From Gemmatimonas sp. (lineage in GTDB: Bacteria > Gemmatimonadota > Gemmatimonadetes > Gemmatimonadales > Gemmatimonadaceae): 64,000 bases of DNA. Below are positions 47,325-56,266 of the stretch, in pieces. The notes beneath the pieces are model-generated. The model was not told where the DNA came from, made no database searches, and saw nothing but the letters and a program-made list of their open reading frames with translations. How positions within the stretch are numbered: the stretch's first letter is position 1; the number at the start of each line of letters is the position of its first letter. The stretch lies in assembly GCA_031414535.1 (NCBI GenBank), contig JANNVQ010000034.1, positions 1 to 64,000 on the forward strand, written 5' to 3'. The position numbers were made by a program, and so were the translations under genes.

Positions 47325-49576
47325 GACGTTGCCTCTCCCGTCCCGAGCGTGAAATGAAACGCGGCGCCTTTGCCGACGGCGCTCTCCGCCCACACCTTGC
47401 CCCCGTGTCGGTGCACGATGCGCTGCACGATCGCCAGCCCGACGCCGGTGCCCGGAAATTCCTCTTCACTGTGCAGGCGTTGAAAGACACCAAAGAGCTT
47501 GTTGGAGAACCGTGGATCAAATCCGACACCGTTGTCTTTGAACGTGACGACAACATCGGCACCGCTCGTCTCATACGAGAGTTCGATTCTCGGAGCGCTC
47601 GCCTTCGCCGTGAACTTCCACGCATTCTCCACCAAGTTCTGGATGACCTGACGCAACAGGCGTTCGTCGCCCTCGACGCGTAAGGATTCGGGATGTTGAA
47701 AGTCAACCTCGCGCCTAGGCTCGTGCTGGCGAAGCTCAGCGATTGCGCTAAGGGTGAGCGGTACGAGATCAACGGGCTGACGCAGGAGGCTGGTACGGGA
47801 GACACGCGAGAGTTCGAGCAGGTCGTCAATCAGGTGACTCATCCGCTGCGCTGCGCTGTTGACCCGACGGGCATAGTTTTGGCCCTCGCTGTTGAGCTGC
47901 GGCGAGTGATCTTCCAAGAGGGCTTGGGTGAAGCCGTGAATGCTGCGCAGCGGCGCGCGAAGGTCGTGCGATACCGAGTAGGAAAAGGCCGCTAGCTCAG
48001 CGTTCGCCTCCTCAAGTTGTTGCGCGTGCTGGGCAAGCTTGTCCGAGAGCCTTCGCCGCTCGGTGATGTCTCGGAGGATGGCTGCCACCGCGTGAGAACT
48101 ACCCTGCGCCCATCCCGTCACGCTGATTTCGGCAGGAAACAGGGTACCATCCCTGCGCAGCGCGCTCACCTCGCGAAGAGTATTCATCGCCCGTCCAACG
48201 CCGGTGCGCATGTAATGACCGTGCCCTTCCGCGTGCGCACTCCGGTGATGTGGCGGCACCAGCACGGTCACCGGCTGGCCGCGCAAGGCGCCGGGTTCGT
48301 ACCCAAACAGTCGCTCGCCAGCCGAATTGATGTACGAGATGCGCCCATCCCCATCGCTGATGATGATGGCATCAGGAGTAGAAGTCGCCAGCTGACGAAA
48401 GCGCTCTTCGCTTTCTGACAGCTGAGAGATCAGGGTCTCCAGCTGGGCCGTTCGCTCGGAGACGCGGGCCTCAAGGCTGCGACGACTCTCCGCAATCTGC
48501 GCAGCCATTCTATTAAATGAGCGACTCAGGCTCCCCACTTCGGCCGGCCCCGTTTCCGTGACGCGTCGCGACAGGTCCCCGCTCGCCACCGCCTCCGCTG
48601 CAGTCGTGAGCTCTGTCAAGGGAGAGGTGAGCGCACGGCTGAGCATGGTACCGAATCCGGCACCGATGGCGACAACCAATAGGCCACCCCAGAGCAATTC
48701 CTTAAGAAAGGGCCGCGTGGAGGCCAACGCGAGCGCCCTTGGTGTTTCCACCCACACGTGCCAAGGTGTGCCAGCGACTCTCGTGCCGCGGCCGAACATT
48801 TCGCGGCCGTCCGCGGCTTTGTACACAAGGGCGGAATCGCTTCGATACACCGCTGCGCTCGGGCCGAGCTGTCCACCTCGCAAATCCGACCAGCCGGTAG
48901 GTGCACTGCCGACGCTAAAGCGCGAATCCTGCCCAATCAGATTGTTGATCAGCCGCACCGTCTGTCGGCTCGCGGGAACCAGCCGCCGCCGCCGAACCAC
49001 ATAACCTGCAGGATCCTCAGCGGCGCCCACGGACGCAGCTAAGTCGATCCACTGAATCGAGTCGGCGAACTGTATCTCGGAGATCCAAGCGCCAGTGGAA
49101 TCAGCCTCGTTCCATTTGGGAGCGCGTCGAAGTGCCGGCGGAACCGTCAGCGAATCCGCGGACGCCTCGACGGCGAGCATCACGGCGCCGTCTCTTGAAA
49201 TCAGTTCGATGCCGTCGGCCTGACTGGATTCTCTCTGTAATTCTTGGAGCGCTGCGCGGGCGGCTGGCTCCGCGCGGCGGTCGCCGCGCAGGTAGGCCAA
49301 GAGGGCTCGATGGTCGGCTGCGTCTCGAACGGCCGCCAGTCGAGCCCGAGGACTCACCTCTAGAGCGCGCGCCAGTTCGCCCACCGGCGCACGTAAGCGC
49401 TCGCCCACAGCTTCCTCGGCGAGGCGCCGCACTTCCACGTTGGCGACGAGCGCCAGGGCTCCGGCGGTGCTCCCGAGCACCACCACCACGGCAAGTGGCA
49501 GGACCCAAGTCAGTCGGAACCGACCTGGGGGTTCTGTGCGCTTGGGCGAAGTGATGGCCGGGGGGGAATCTTCCAC
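47321..49576 (-). CDS. Membrane sensor histidine kinase (periplasmic domain-HAMP-PAS-HisKA-HATPase)
   Basis: Two TM segments, HAMP, PAS, FSYSVSHDLRAPLR, NAWKF, FQRLH...GTGVGL. Confidence 0.92.
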   Translation of the reverse strand: MEDSPPAITSPKRTEPPGRFRLTWVLPLAVVVVLGSTAGALALVANVEVRRLAEEAVGERLRAPVGELARALEVSPRARLAAVRDAADHRALLAYLRGDRRAEPAARAALQELQRESSQADGIELISRDGAVMLAVEASADSLTVPPALRRAPKWNEADSTGAWISEIQFADSIQWIDLAASVGAAEDPAGYVVRRRRLVPASRQTVRLINNLIGQDSRFSVGSAPTGWSDLRGGQLGPSAAVYRSDSALVYKAADGREMFGRGTRVAGTPWHVWVETPRALALASTRPFLKELLWGGLLVVAIGAGFGTMLSRALTSPLTELTTAAEAVASGDLSRRVTETGPAEVGSLSRSFNRMAAQIAESRRSLEARVSERTAQLETLISQLSESEERFRQLATSTPDAIIISDGDGRISYINSAGERLFGYEPGALRGQPVTVLVPPHHRSAHAEGHGHYMRTGVGRAMNTLREVSALRRDGTLFPAEISVTGWAQGSSHAVAAILRDITERRRLSDKLAQHAQQLEEANAELAAFSYSVSHDLRAPLRSIHGFTQALLEDHSPQLNSEGQNYARRVNSAAQRMSHLIDDLLELSRVSRTSLLRQPVDLVPLTLSAIAELRQHEPRREVDFQHPESLRVEGDERLLRQVIQNLVENAWKFTAKASAPRIELSYETSGADVVVTFKDNGVGFDPRFSNKLFGVFQRLHSEEEFPGTGVGLAIVQRIVHRHGGKVWAESAVGKGAAFHFTLGTGEATS

Positions 49577-49645
49577 ACCGCACGATGCGCTGGAACCGAG
49601 GCCCCGACCACGAGGCGTTTCCCTTAAGACACCTGAGGAAATTCC

Positions 49646-50305
49646 CTAAACGTCGGCATCGTGCGTCAGGTCGACCAGTCCGTGAAGAATTGCATAGCGG
49701 ACGAGGCCTGGAACATCCCGAATCCCGAGGCGGTCCATCAGTTGGCTCCGATGCGCCTCCACGGTCTTTGGACTCAAGCCGAGTTCAGCTGCGGCCCGCT
49801 TTGTGCTGGCGCCTGAGGCAATCAAGCGTAAGACGTCACGCTGTCGACGTGTCAGCATGCATTCGGAGGAGCGGGCGCTGCGCGAGTCTTGGCCTGAGGA
49901 AAGCCGATGCTCTGCTGCAAGGCCGCGGGACAGGTAGTTCTCACCTGCAGCGACGGCTCGAAGCGCGAGGCCAAACTCGACGACATCCGCACTTTTGAGA
50001 ACGTAGCCCATCGCGCCCAACTTGAGCGCTTCACTGACATACTCATCGCTGCGATGCGCCGTAAGCATCAGACAGCGAGTTCGAGGATGCTCGGCCACGA
50101 TTCGGCGCAAGGCCTCCAAACCGCCACATAGCGGCATCGAGACATCCAGAATCGCCACGTCCGGTGCCAACGCAGCGACAGCCTCGACGGCGGCGAGACC
50201 ATCGGAAACTTCTGCAATGACGGCTACGTCCCCCGTGAGCTCAAGGATTGAGCGGATGCCTGCTCGCACCAACGCGTGGTCCTCTGCAAGAATGACTCGA
50301 ATCAT
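49646..50305 (-). CDS. NarL/LuxR family response regulator
   Basis: AEDHALVR, LTRRQRDVL, LSPKTVEAHR. Confidence 0.93.
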   Translation of the reverse strand: MIRVILAEDHALVRAGIRSILELTGDVAVIAEVSDGLAAVEAVAALAPDVAILDVSMPLCGGLEALRRIVAEHPRTRCLMLTAHRSDEYVSEALKLGAMGYVLKSADVVEFGLALRAVAAGENYLSRGLAAEHRLSSGQDSRSARSSECMLTRRQRDVLRLIASGASTKRAAAELGLSPKTVEAHRSQLMDRLGIRDVPGLVRYAILHGLVDLTHDADV

Positions 50306-53028
50306 GAGGCTGACTCCGCGGCGTCTTCCGGGCGTGCCGTCGACGTTATGGGAATACTGAGGAGCATTTGCGTACCACCAGGGCCGGAGCGAAAGTCAAC
50401 GCTGCCAGCGAGAAGCGCCGCGCGTTCAGCCATGCCAAGCAGTCCGAGTCGCGCTTCGTGCGGCGCTTTGCTCATCGCGTCCACATCGAATCCTGTACCG
50501 TCGTCCCTCAAGGTGAACACGAGGTTTCCATTCTTGCGCTGGAGCAAGACTTCAACGTGCCGCGCTGACGCGTGGCGAAGCACATTCGTCATGGCCTCCT
50601 GTGCAATTCGGTAGCAGCAAACCTCGATCGCGGAATCGAGCCGCGCCCCGCCAAGTGTCGACTCAAAAGCGACGTCGATATCGGCGCGTGCGGCGGATCG
50701 GTGGAGGTACCAGTGTAGAGCGGCTTCAAGTCCGATGTCGTCCAAGACCGACGGGCGGAGGTCCACCGAGAGTTCAAGGACGCTGCGCGCCGCCAAGTCC
50801 GACATGGCAAGGGCATCCTCCAACTCTGGCGGCGGGGAATCTTCGCCCAGCCGCGCCTGCAAGGCGGTGAGACTGAGACGAATGGCCGTGAGTGTTTGCC
50901 CAATCTCGTCGTGCAGCCCTCGCGCGATGGATTGCCGCTCCGCTTCCTGGGCCATGATCACGCGACGCGATAGCTCCGAGAGCTTGTCGCGGCTTTCGCG
51001 AAGGGCGCGTTCGGCATTGAGTCGGGCGGTGAGGTCGCGGACAAAGCACTCATGGCACAGCACCTTTCCCTCGACGTCACGGACCGCTCGGGCATCCCAT
51101 TGCACGCGGACACTCGACCCGTCCTTACGCCGCAACTCCACCACGGAAGCGAGGGATTGCGCTCCCCTGGCGAAGGCGCTGAACAGCCGCTCTCGCTCCG
51201 CCGGGTCGTGATAGAGCACCTGTCGCCTACTTGTCGCGTATAGATCTTCAGGGGACGAGTAGCCGAGCAAGTTCGCGAGCGCGCGATTTGCCATCAACAA
51301 TTCGCCATCAAGGGTCTTGCGGTAGATGCCGACGGGGGCCGAATCAATGATGTCGAGGAGGTCGGCCTCCGAACGGCGGAGTTCGGCTTCAAGTCTCGCG
51401 CGCGCCGTCACGTCCTCGAGAATGGCAATGACGGACTCGACGGCATCGTGCCCGGTGCGAACCGGAGCAAGCGAGACGCGCGCCATGAGATCCGCGCCGC
51501 TCTTGGAAATTCGTCGCTGTGCGCCTATAACAACGGTCTCGCCGCCGAAAGCCTTCTCGAGGGCCTCCGCATATATCGGCCAACCGTCTGCAGGCACGAG
51601 TGGATTCTGGACGCCGACGATCTCGTCCGCTCGCCAACCGAAAAGGCGTTCCGCGCTCGCATTCCACGCGAGCACGCGAGCATCGCGGCTCAATTCAAGT
51701 ATGGCCAACGGTGAGGAGTCGATGACGGCCCTCAGATGCCCGAGCGTGCGACGTAACTGTACCTCCTGCTCGCGCCTTTCGGTAACGTCGAGGCAGGCAC
51801 CCACGAGTACGGCATGTCCGTCCGCGTCGTACTGCACCCGGCCAAATGACTCCAACGTTCGAGTCTCGCCGTCCGACCCGCGGAGAATCCGCTCCTCAAA
51901 GCTGAACCCCTCGCCAGTGGCCAGCGCTGACTGCAACGTGTCCATTACCGCCTGCTTGTCTTCAGGATGCAGTCGGTCCGTGAAGTCCTCGACTCGTCCG
52001 CCAAACGCAGGGCGTTCGAGACCGAAGATTGCAAGCAGACCGTCGGACCAACTGAGCTTGCCGGTGTTCGTTTCCCATTCCCAGCTGCCGGAGCCCGTCA
52101 GCTGCTCTCCGATGGTGCGCAGGCGTTCGAGCCGCTGCTGGCGAGCGAGTGACTCGAGGTGCTGTTGCCAGAAGCTGGAGAAAAGCAGCCCGGCCACGGA
52201 GAGACCCAATAACAACGATTGGTTGAACTCCAGGGCCTGTGCCTGCTCCGGCGATCCCGCAGTGCCTTCCAAGAGGAGTACCGTTGTGCCGACGATTGCG
52301 GAGAGAACCGTCGCCGACGCCGCTCCGACCATTCCGTCTCTCACGGCGCGCCAGCCGACGACGAGAAAAAGAATCCACGAGAGTCGCGTGCTTACGATGA
52401 TCGAGGCGACGGTCGCGGCGATTACCAAGCTTGCCACGGCGACTCCGTGTTTCGTCACCTGCAGACGGATGCGCTCGTGGTCCCGTAGCGTCTGTAAGAA
52501 CCACGGCCCAAACGCGAGCACACCAAGCGCATCTCCTGTCCACCAAGTCAACCAAGTCCCCGCGCCCGCACCGACGTCATTGATGAGGTTGAGCCCGGCC
52601 ACTCCGACGCTGGCCGAGACTAACGGACCTAGGAGCCCTCCAAACGCGATGAGCAACAGCCCATCGCGCAGGGATGCCAGTCTGTGGTTGAAGCCCACTC
52701 GGCGTAGGACTGTGACGGCCGCGAGTGAACCGAGCGCGTTCGCCGCGCCCAAGACTGCAGCGGTGGGAAGGGGCGCGGCGTGCATCCAATTGGCCAGCGC
52801 GGCAGCCACCGCCACGGCTGGCGCGAGGGACCGGCCACGAATCAGAAAAGCAGCGAGGGAGAATCCGGCTGCAGGCCAGATGGTGGAGACGAGCGGGTGA
52901 CTCGTCGCACCCAGGAGGCCCAATGACACGAGCACGAAAGTGCCCGCGGCAACTTTCAGTACATCCTGCATCCGCTTGAGGTACACGGCGACGCTCGGTT
53001 GGCGACGGGGAGAACTCCGAACCCGCAC
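50302..53028 (-). CDS. MASE1 + multi-PAS sensor kinase (HisKA_3 type)
   Basis: IWPAAG and WWTGDALG MASE1 motifs, three PAS domains, ARGLHDEIGQ, QEAMTN, GLLGMAER; start uncertain (53028 or 52971). Confidence 0.9.
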   Translation of the reverse strand: MRVRSSPRRQPSVAVYLKRMQDVLKVAAGTFVLVSLGLLGATSHPLVSTIWPAAGFSLAAFLIRGRSLAPAVAVAAALANWMHAAPLPTAAVLGAANALGSLAAVTVLRRVGFNHRLASLRDGLLLIAFGGLLGPLVSASVGVAGLNLINDVGAGAGTWLTWWTGDALGVLAFGPWFLQTLRDHERIRLQVTKHGVAVASLVIAATVASIIVSTRLSWILFLVVGWRAVRDGMVGAASATVLSAIVGTTVLLLEGTAGSPEQAQALEFNQSLLLGLSVAGLLFSSFWQQHLESLARQQRLERLRTIGEQLTGSGSWEWETNTGKLSWSDGLLAIFGLERPAFGGRVEDFTDRLHPEDKQAVMDTLQSALATGEGFSFEERILRGSDGETRTLESFGRVQYDADGHAVLVGACLDVTERREQEVQLRRTLGHLRAVIDSSPLAILELSRDARVLAWNASAERLFGWRADEIVGVQNPLVPADGWPIYAEALEKAFGGETVVIGAQRRISKSGADLMARVSLAPVRTGHDAVESVIAILEDVTARARLEAELRRSEADLLDIIDSAPVGIYRKTLDGELLMANRALANLLGYSSPEDLYATSRRQVLYHDPAERERLFSAFARGAQSLASVVELRRKDGSSVRVQWDARAVRDVEGKVLCHECFVRDLTARLNAERALRESRDKLSELSRRVIMAQEAERQSIARGLHDEIGQTLTAIRLSLTALQARLGEDSPPPELEDALAMSDLAARSVLELSVDLRPSVLDDIGLEAALHWYLHRSAARADIDVAFESTLGGARLDSAIEVCCYRIAQEAMTNVLRHASARHVEVLLQRKNGNLVFTLRDDGTGFDVDAMSKAPHEARLGLLGMAERAALLAGSVDFRSGPGGTQMLLSIPITSTARPEDAAESAS

Positions 53029-53050
53029 CCAGCAGTATCACGTTCGTGAC

Positions 53051-54361
53051 CTAGGGCGTTTCTCGCAAGGGCAGCGAGGAGGCCGGCAACTCCGATGCCG
53101 GATTGCCGCCGCTCGCAATCGTCACGGCGCCGAGCTGCGCAGTTACGTTTAGCAAGGTCTTGAACAGGTCGGGCAGCAGGTCAAGTGCGATGAGCACGCC
53201 GATGGCCTCCGCCGGAATACCGAGCGCACCAAAAAAGGGCGCAACGACGAACAGGCTCGCGCTCGGAATGCCCGGCACGCTGAAGCTCATCAATACTGAC
53301 GTGACCGCCAGCGATATCACGGTGATGTTGCTGAGCTCGACGCCGTAAAGCTTTGCCGCGAACAGCGCCATCACCACCCAGCTCACGGCTTGGTTGAGAC
53401 GGAACGTCGAGACGGCCAAGGGCAATCCGAAGCTCGACGCCGTGGAAGGCAACGCGAGGCTACGGTCCGCGGCCACCACCATCGCTGGCAGTGCGGCCAT
53501 GGATGAGCGCGTGGTGAGTGCCACCACCTGCGCGGGTAGCATGGCTCGCGCAAACGTTGAGACGCGCGTGCGGCTGAGCAGGGCCACGGCTAAGTACACG
53601 AGCAGCGTCGCGGCAATCAAGAAGGCCGCATACACCACAACATAGAAAGCCACCGCGCCCACCACTGCCGTGCCGATGCGCGCCGCCACGACGAAGGCGA
53701 GCGAGAGTACGCCGAGCGGCGTGGCTTTGAGAATCCACTCGATGAGCACTGTGACAGCAGACGCGACGGCGCGGAATACGCCAACGACGGCTTCGCGCTT
53801 GACGGCTTCCACGCGTCCGAGCGCGAGACCAAAGGCGATGGTAAACACCACCAGTGGAAGCATCGCACCACTCGCAGCAGCAGCGATGGGATTCACGGGC
53901 ACGAGGCTCACGAGCCAATCGGTAAACGAAGGCAACGTGGGTAGCGCGACGCCCGTGCCGACGTCGGCGCGCAAGGACGCGGCGGCCGTTGCGTCAATGG
54001 TGATGAGGTCAAACACTGCCGGCGCCGTGAGCGCCGTGAAGGTCGCAACGAGGCTGAGCAAGAGCAAAAAAACACCGAGCGAACGGATGCCGAGCCGCCC
54101 CATGCTGCGAGCATCCGTGTCGGCCACGGCGACAATGAGCGAAGCCACCACGAGGGGAATCACCGTCATCCGGATGGCGGCGACCCAAATGAGGCCAGCC
54201 GGCTCAATCCAGCGAATCAGCGTTGGGGCCGCGTCACTAGACGACGCGACGATCCCCGCACCTGCCCCCACCACGAGCGCTGCCACTGCGAGGAGAACGG
54301 GGCGTGAAAGCGCCAATGGAATCCAAGTTGATGGAGACGTGAAGCTACACTTTCCTCGCAA
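53051..54361 (-). CDS. Dicarboxylate/amino acid:cation symporter (DAACS)
   Basis: IRMTVIPLV, VPVNP, TRSSMAALP, KTLLNV; start may be TTG 54316. Confidence 0.88.
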   Translation of the reverse strand: MRGKCSFTSPSTWIPLALSRPVLLAVAALVVGAGAGIVASSSDAAPTLIRWIEPAGLIWVAAIRMTVIPLVVASLIVAVADTDARSMGRLGIRSLGVFLLLLSLVATFTALTAPAVFDLITIDATAAASLRADVGTGVALPTLPSFTDWLVSLVPVNPIAAAASGAMLPLVVFTIAFGLALGRVEAVKREAVVGVFRAVASAVTVLIEWILKATPLGVLSLAFVVAARIGTAVVGAVAFYVVVYAAFLIAATLLVYLAVALLSRTRVSTFARAMLPAQVVALTTRSSMAALPAMVVAADRSLALPSTASSFGLPLAVSTFRLNQAVSWVVMALFAAKLYGVELSNITVISLAVTSVLMSFSVPGIPSASLFVVAPFFGALGIPAEAIGVLIALDLLPDLFKTLLNVTAQLGAVTIASGGNPASELPASSLPLRETP

Positions 54362-54875
54362 AGCGTCGAATCATCCAACGTGGAGCCAAGTACAGCACTG
54401 CGCCACCCAGCGCGAACACCGTCGCGATGACGAGCGGGAGTACGCCGCCGAAGGTGTAACTCATCGCGAGGACGAAACCTAGAATGTACTCTGCCCGGTA
54501 AATCGGGAATGCTAGGGCCAGTAGGGGAATCAGTTGCACCTGCACGTTCGGAATCTCAGAGTATCCAAGCGAGAAGGCGGTAGCGAGCACCGCACCGAAC
54601 ACCACCGCTCCGACTGCGCCCATCAAGGCCGCCTTCGCAGACGTGCGTCCCTTGGCGATGCGCGACTGTGTGTTGCCGAGGGCAAGCCACGTCAGCAGCG
54701 GCAACGTGAGCCCGCCCCACCAATTGGAGATGCTCGGCATGTCATCACGAGCCATGAAACTGTGAGACGGGACGCCGTCGTGCAGTTGCTGCCAAACCAG
54801 GAGAGACCAAACGGTCAGGGCGACTGCAATCGAGAGCAAGGCACGCGAGCGGTTCGGCATTCGCAATCTCAGCAA
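54345..54875 (-). CDS. Hypothetical membrane protein
   Basis: Several hydrophobic segments; GVPSHSF...MPSISNWWG. Confidence 0.7.
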   Translation of the reverse strand: MLRLRMPNRSRALLSIAVALTVWSLLVWQQLHDGVPSHSFMARDDMPSISNWWGGLTLPLLTWLALGNTQSRIAKGRTSAKAALMGAVGAVVFGAVLATAFSLGYSEIPNVQVQLIPLLALAFPIYRAEYILGFVLAMSYTFGGVLPLVIATVFALGGAVLYLAPRWMIRRFARKV

Positions 54876-54927
54876 GGGGAGCGAGCGATGCGCTCACTAC
54901 GCCGCAACGTGCCTGCGGTTTCTCAGT

Positions 54928-56214
54928 TCAGCCGCGCGTATCAACCACCGCGATCTCCCGCGCACCCTTCCGCAGGAGCATCCAGCGCCCTCGCACCGCA
55001 TCAGACGCCGGCACATGCGTGGCCTCAGCGCCGAGCTTCGCGCCATTCACCGAAACCGCACCTTGCTGCACGAGCTTGCGCGCCGCGGTCTTAGAAAGCG
55101 CGAACGCCTGAGCGAGGACCTCCACCACATCCACTCCTTCAGCTGCGGGCGCGAGGCGCACCGACGGCATCTCCGCCGCCAACATCGCAAACACTTCGTC
55201 GCTGAGCGCATGGGCCTCAGCCTTTTTGTCGAATACCGTGCGTGAAACAGTCTCAGCCAGCTCAGCCGCCGCCGCGCCGTGAATCAACGAGGTGACCTCA
55301 CGCGCCAAGCGCTTTTGCGCCCCCCGCTCGTGCGCCGCGGCAGTGTGCGCCGCCTCGATCTCGGCAATCTCTGATTGACCGAGCAGCGTGAACGTCCGCA
55401 GCAGACGCCCCACATCTGCGTCTTCGGCATTGATCCAAAACTGATAGAACTTGTACACGCTCGTCAGCCGCGCATCGAGGTACACCGCGCCCGCTTCCGT
55501 TTTCCCGAACTTCTTGCCCTGCGCGTCCGTCAGCAGCGGAAACGTCAGCCCGTGCGCCTCGCCACGCTGCGTGCGGCGCACCAATTCGGTGCCGGCCGTG
55601 ATGTTGCCCCACTGATCGCTGCCACCCAACTGCAGCGTCACGCCATCGTGCTCGTGCAAGCGCGAGAAATCGTACGCCTGCAACAGCATGTAGCTGAACT
55701 CCGTGAAGCTGATGCCCGTCTCCATACGCGTCTTTACGGAGTCCTTCTGCATCATCCAGTTCACGGTGAAGTGCTTACCCGTGTCACGCAGGAACTCCAC
55801 CAGCCCAATCCCGCCCAGCCACTCGGAGTTGTTGCGCACGGCGAAGCGGCCAAGGGATTCGGCGCCGAGTGCGTTGGACGCCACTCGCTGAATCTGCTGC
55901 CAGATGAGCTCGGCGTTGTGCGCAATCTCCTCAGTGGAGCGCATCGGCCGCTCCTCGCTCTTGCCCGAGGGGTCACCGATCATCGCCGTGCCACCGCCCA
56001 CGAGCGCGACGGCTCGGTGGCCGGCGCGCGCGAGGCGCACCAGCCCCATCAGCGACACGAGGTTGCCCACGTGCAGGCTCTCCGCCGTGGGATCAAAGCC
56101 GCAGTAGCCGGTGACCGGACCCTTGGCGAGATGAGCTTCGCAGCCCTCGGTCTCTTGGTGTAACAGACCGCGCCAACGGAGTTCAGTGTGCAGGGAGCTG
56201 GGGAGCGTCGTCAT
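54928..56214 (-). CDS. tyrS: Tyrosine--tRNA ligase
   Basis: YCGFDPTAESLHVGN, YMLLQAYDF, GGSDQWGN, KFGKT, S4 domain. Confidence 0.97.
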   Translation of the reverse strand: MTTLPSSLHTELRWRGLLHQETEGCEAHLAKGPVTGYCGFDPTAESLHVGNLVSLMGLVRLARAGHRAVALVGGGTAMIGDPSGKSEERPMRSTEEIAHNAELIWQQIQRVASNALGAESLGRFAVRNNSEWLGGIGLVEFLRDTGKHFTVNWMMQKDSVKTRMETGISFTEFSYMLLQAYDFSRLHEHDGVTLQLGGSDQWGNITAGTELVRRTQRGEAHGLTFPLLTDAQGKKFGKTEAGAVYLDARLTSVYKFYQFWINAEDADVGRLLRTFTLLGQSEIAEIEAAHTAAAHERGAQKRLAREVTSLIHGAAAAELAETVSRTVFDKKAEAHALSDEVFAMLAAEMPSVRLAPAAEGVDVVEVLAQAFALSKTAARKLVQQGAVSVNGAKLGAEATHVPASDAVRGRWMLLRKGAREIAVVDTRG

Positions 56215-56266
56215 GCCGCCAATTTACGGGTCGCGGGAGGGGAAGTCACTCCACTAGCTTTCCCGC

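Noticed and set aside
51326..52900. 524-aa plus-strand ORF
   Set aside because: S/R/A-rich antisense of the MASE1 kinase
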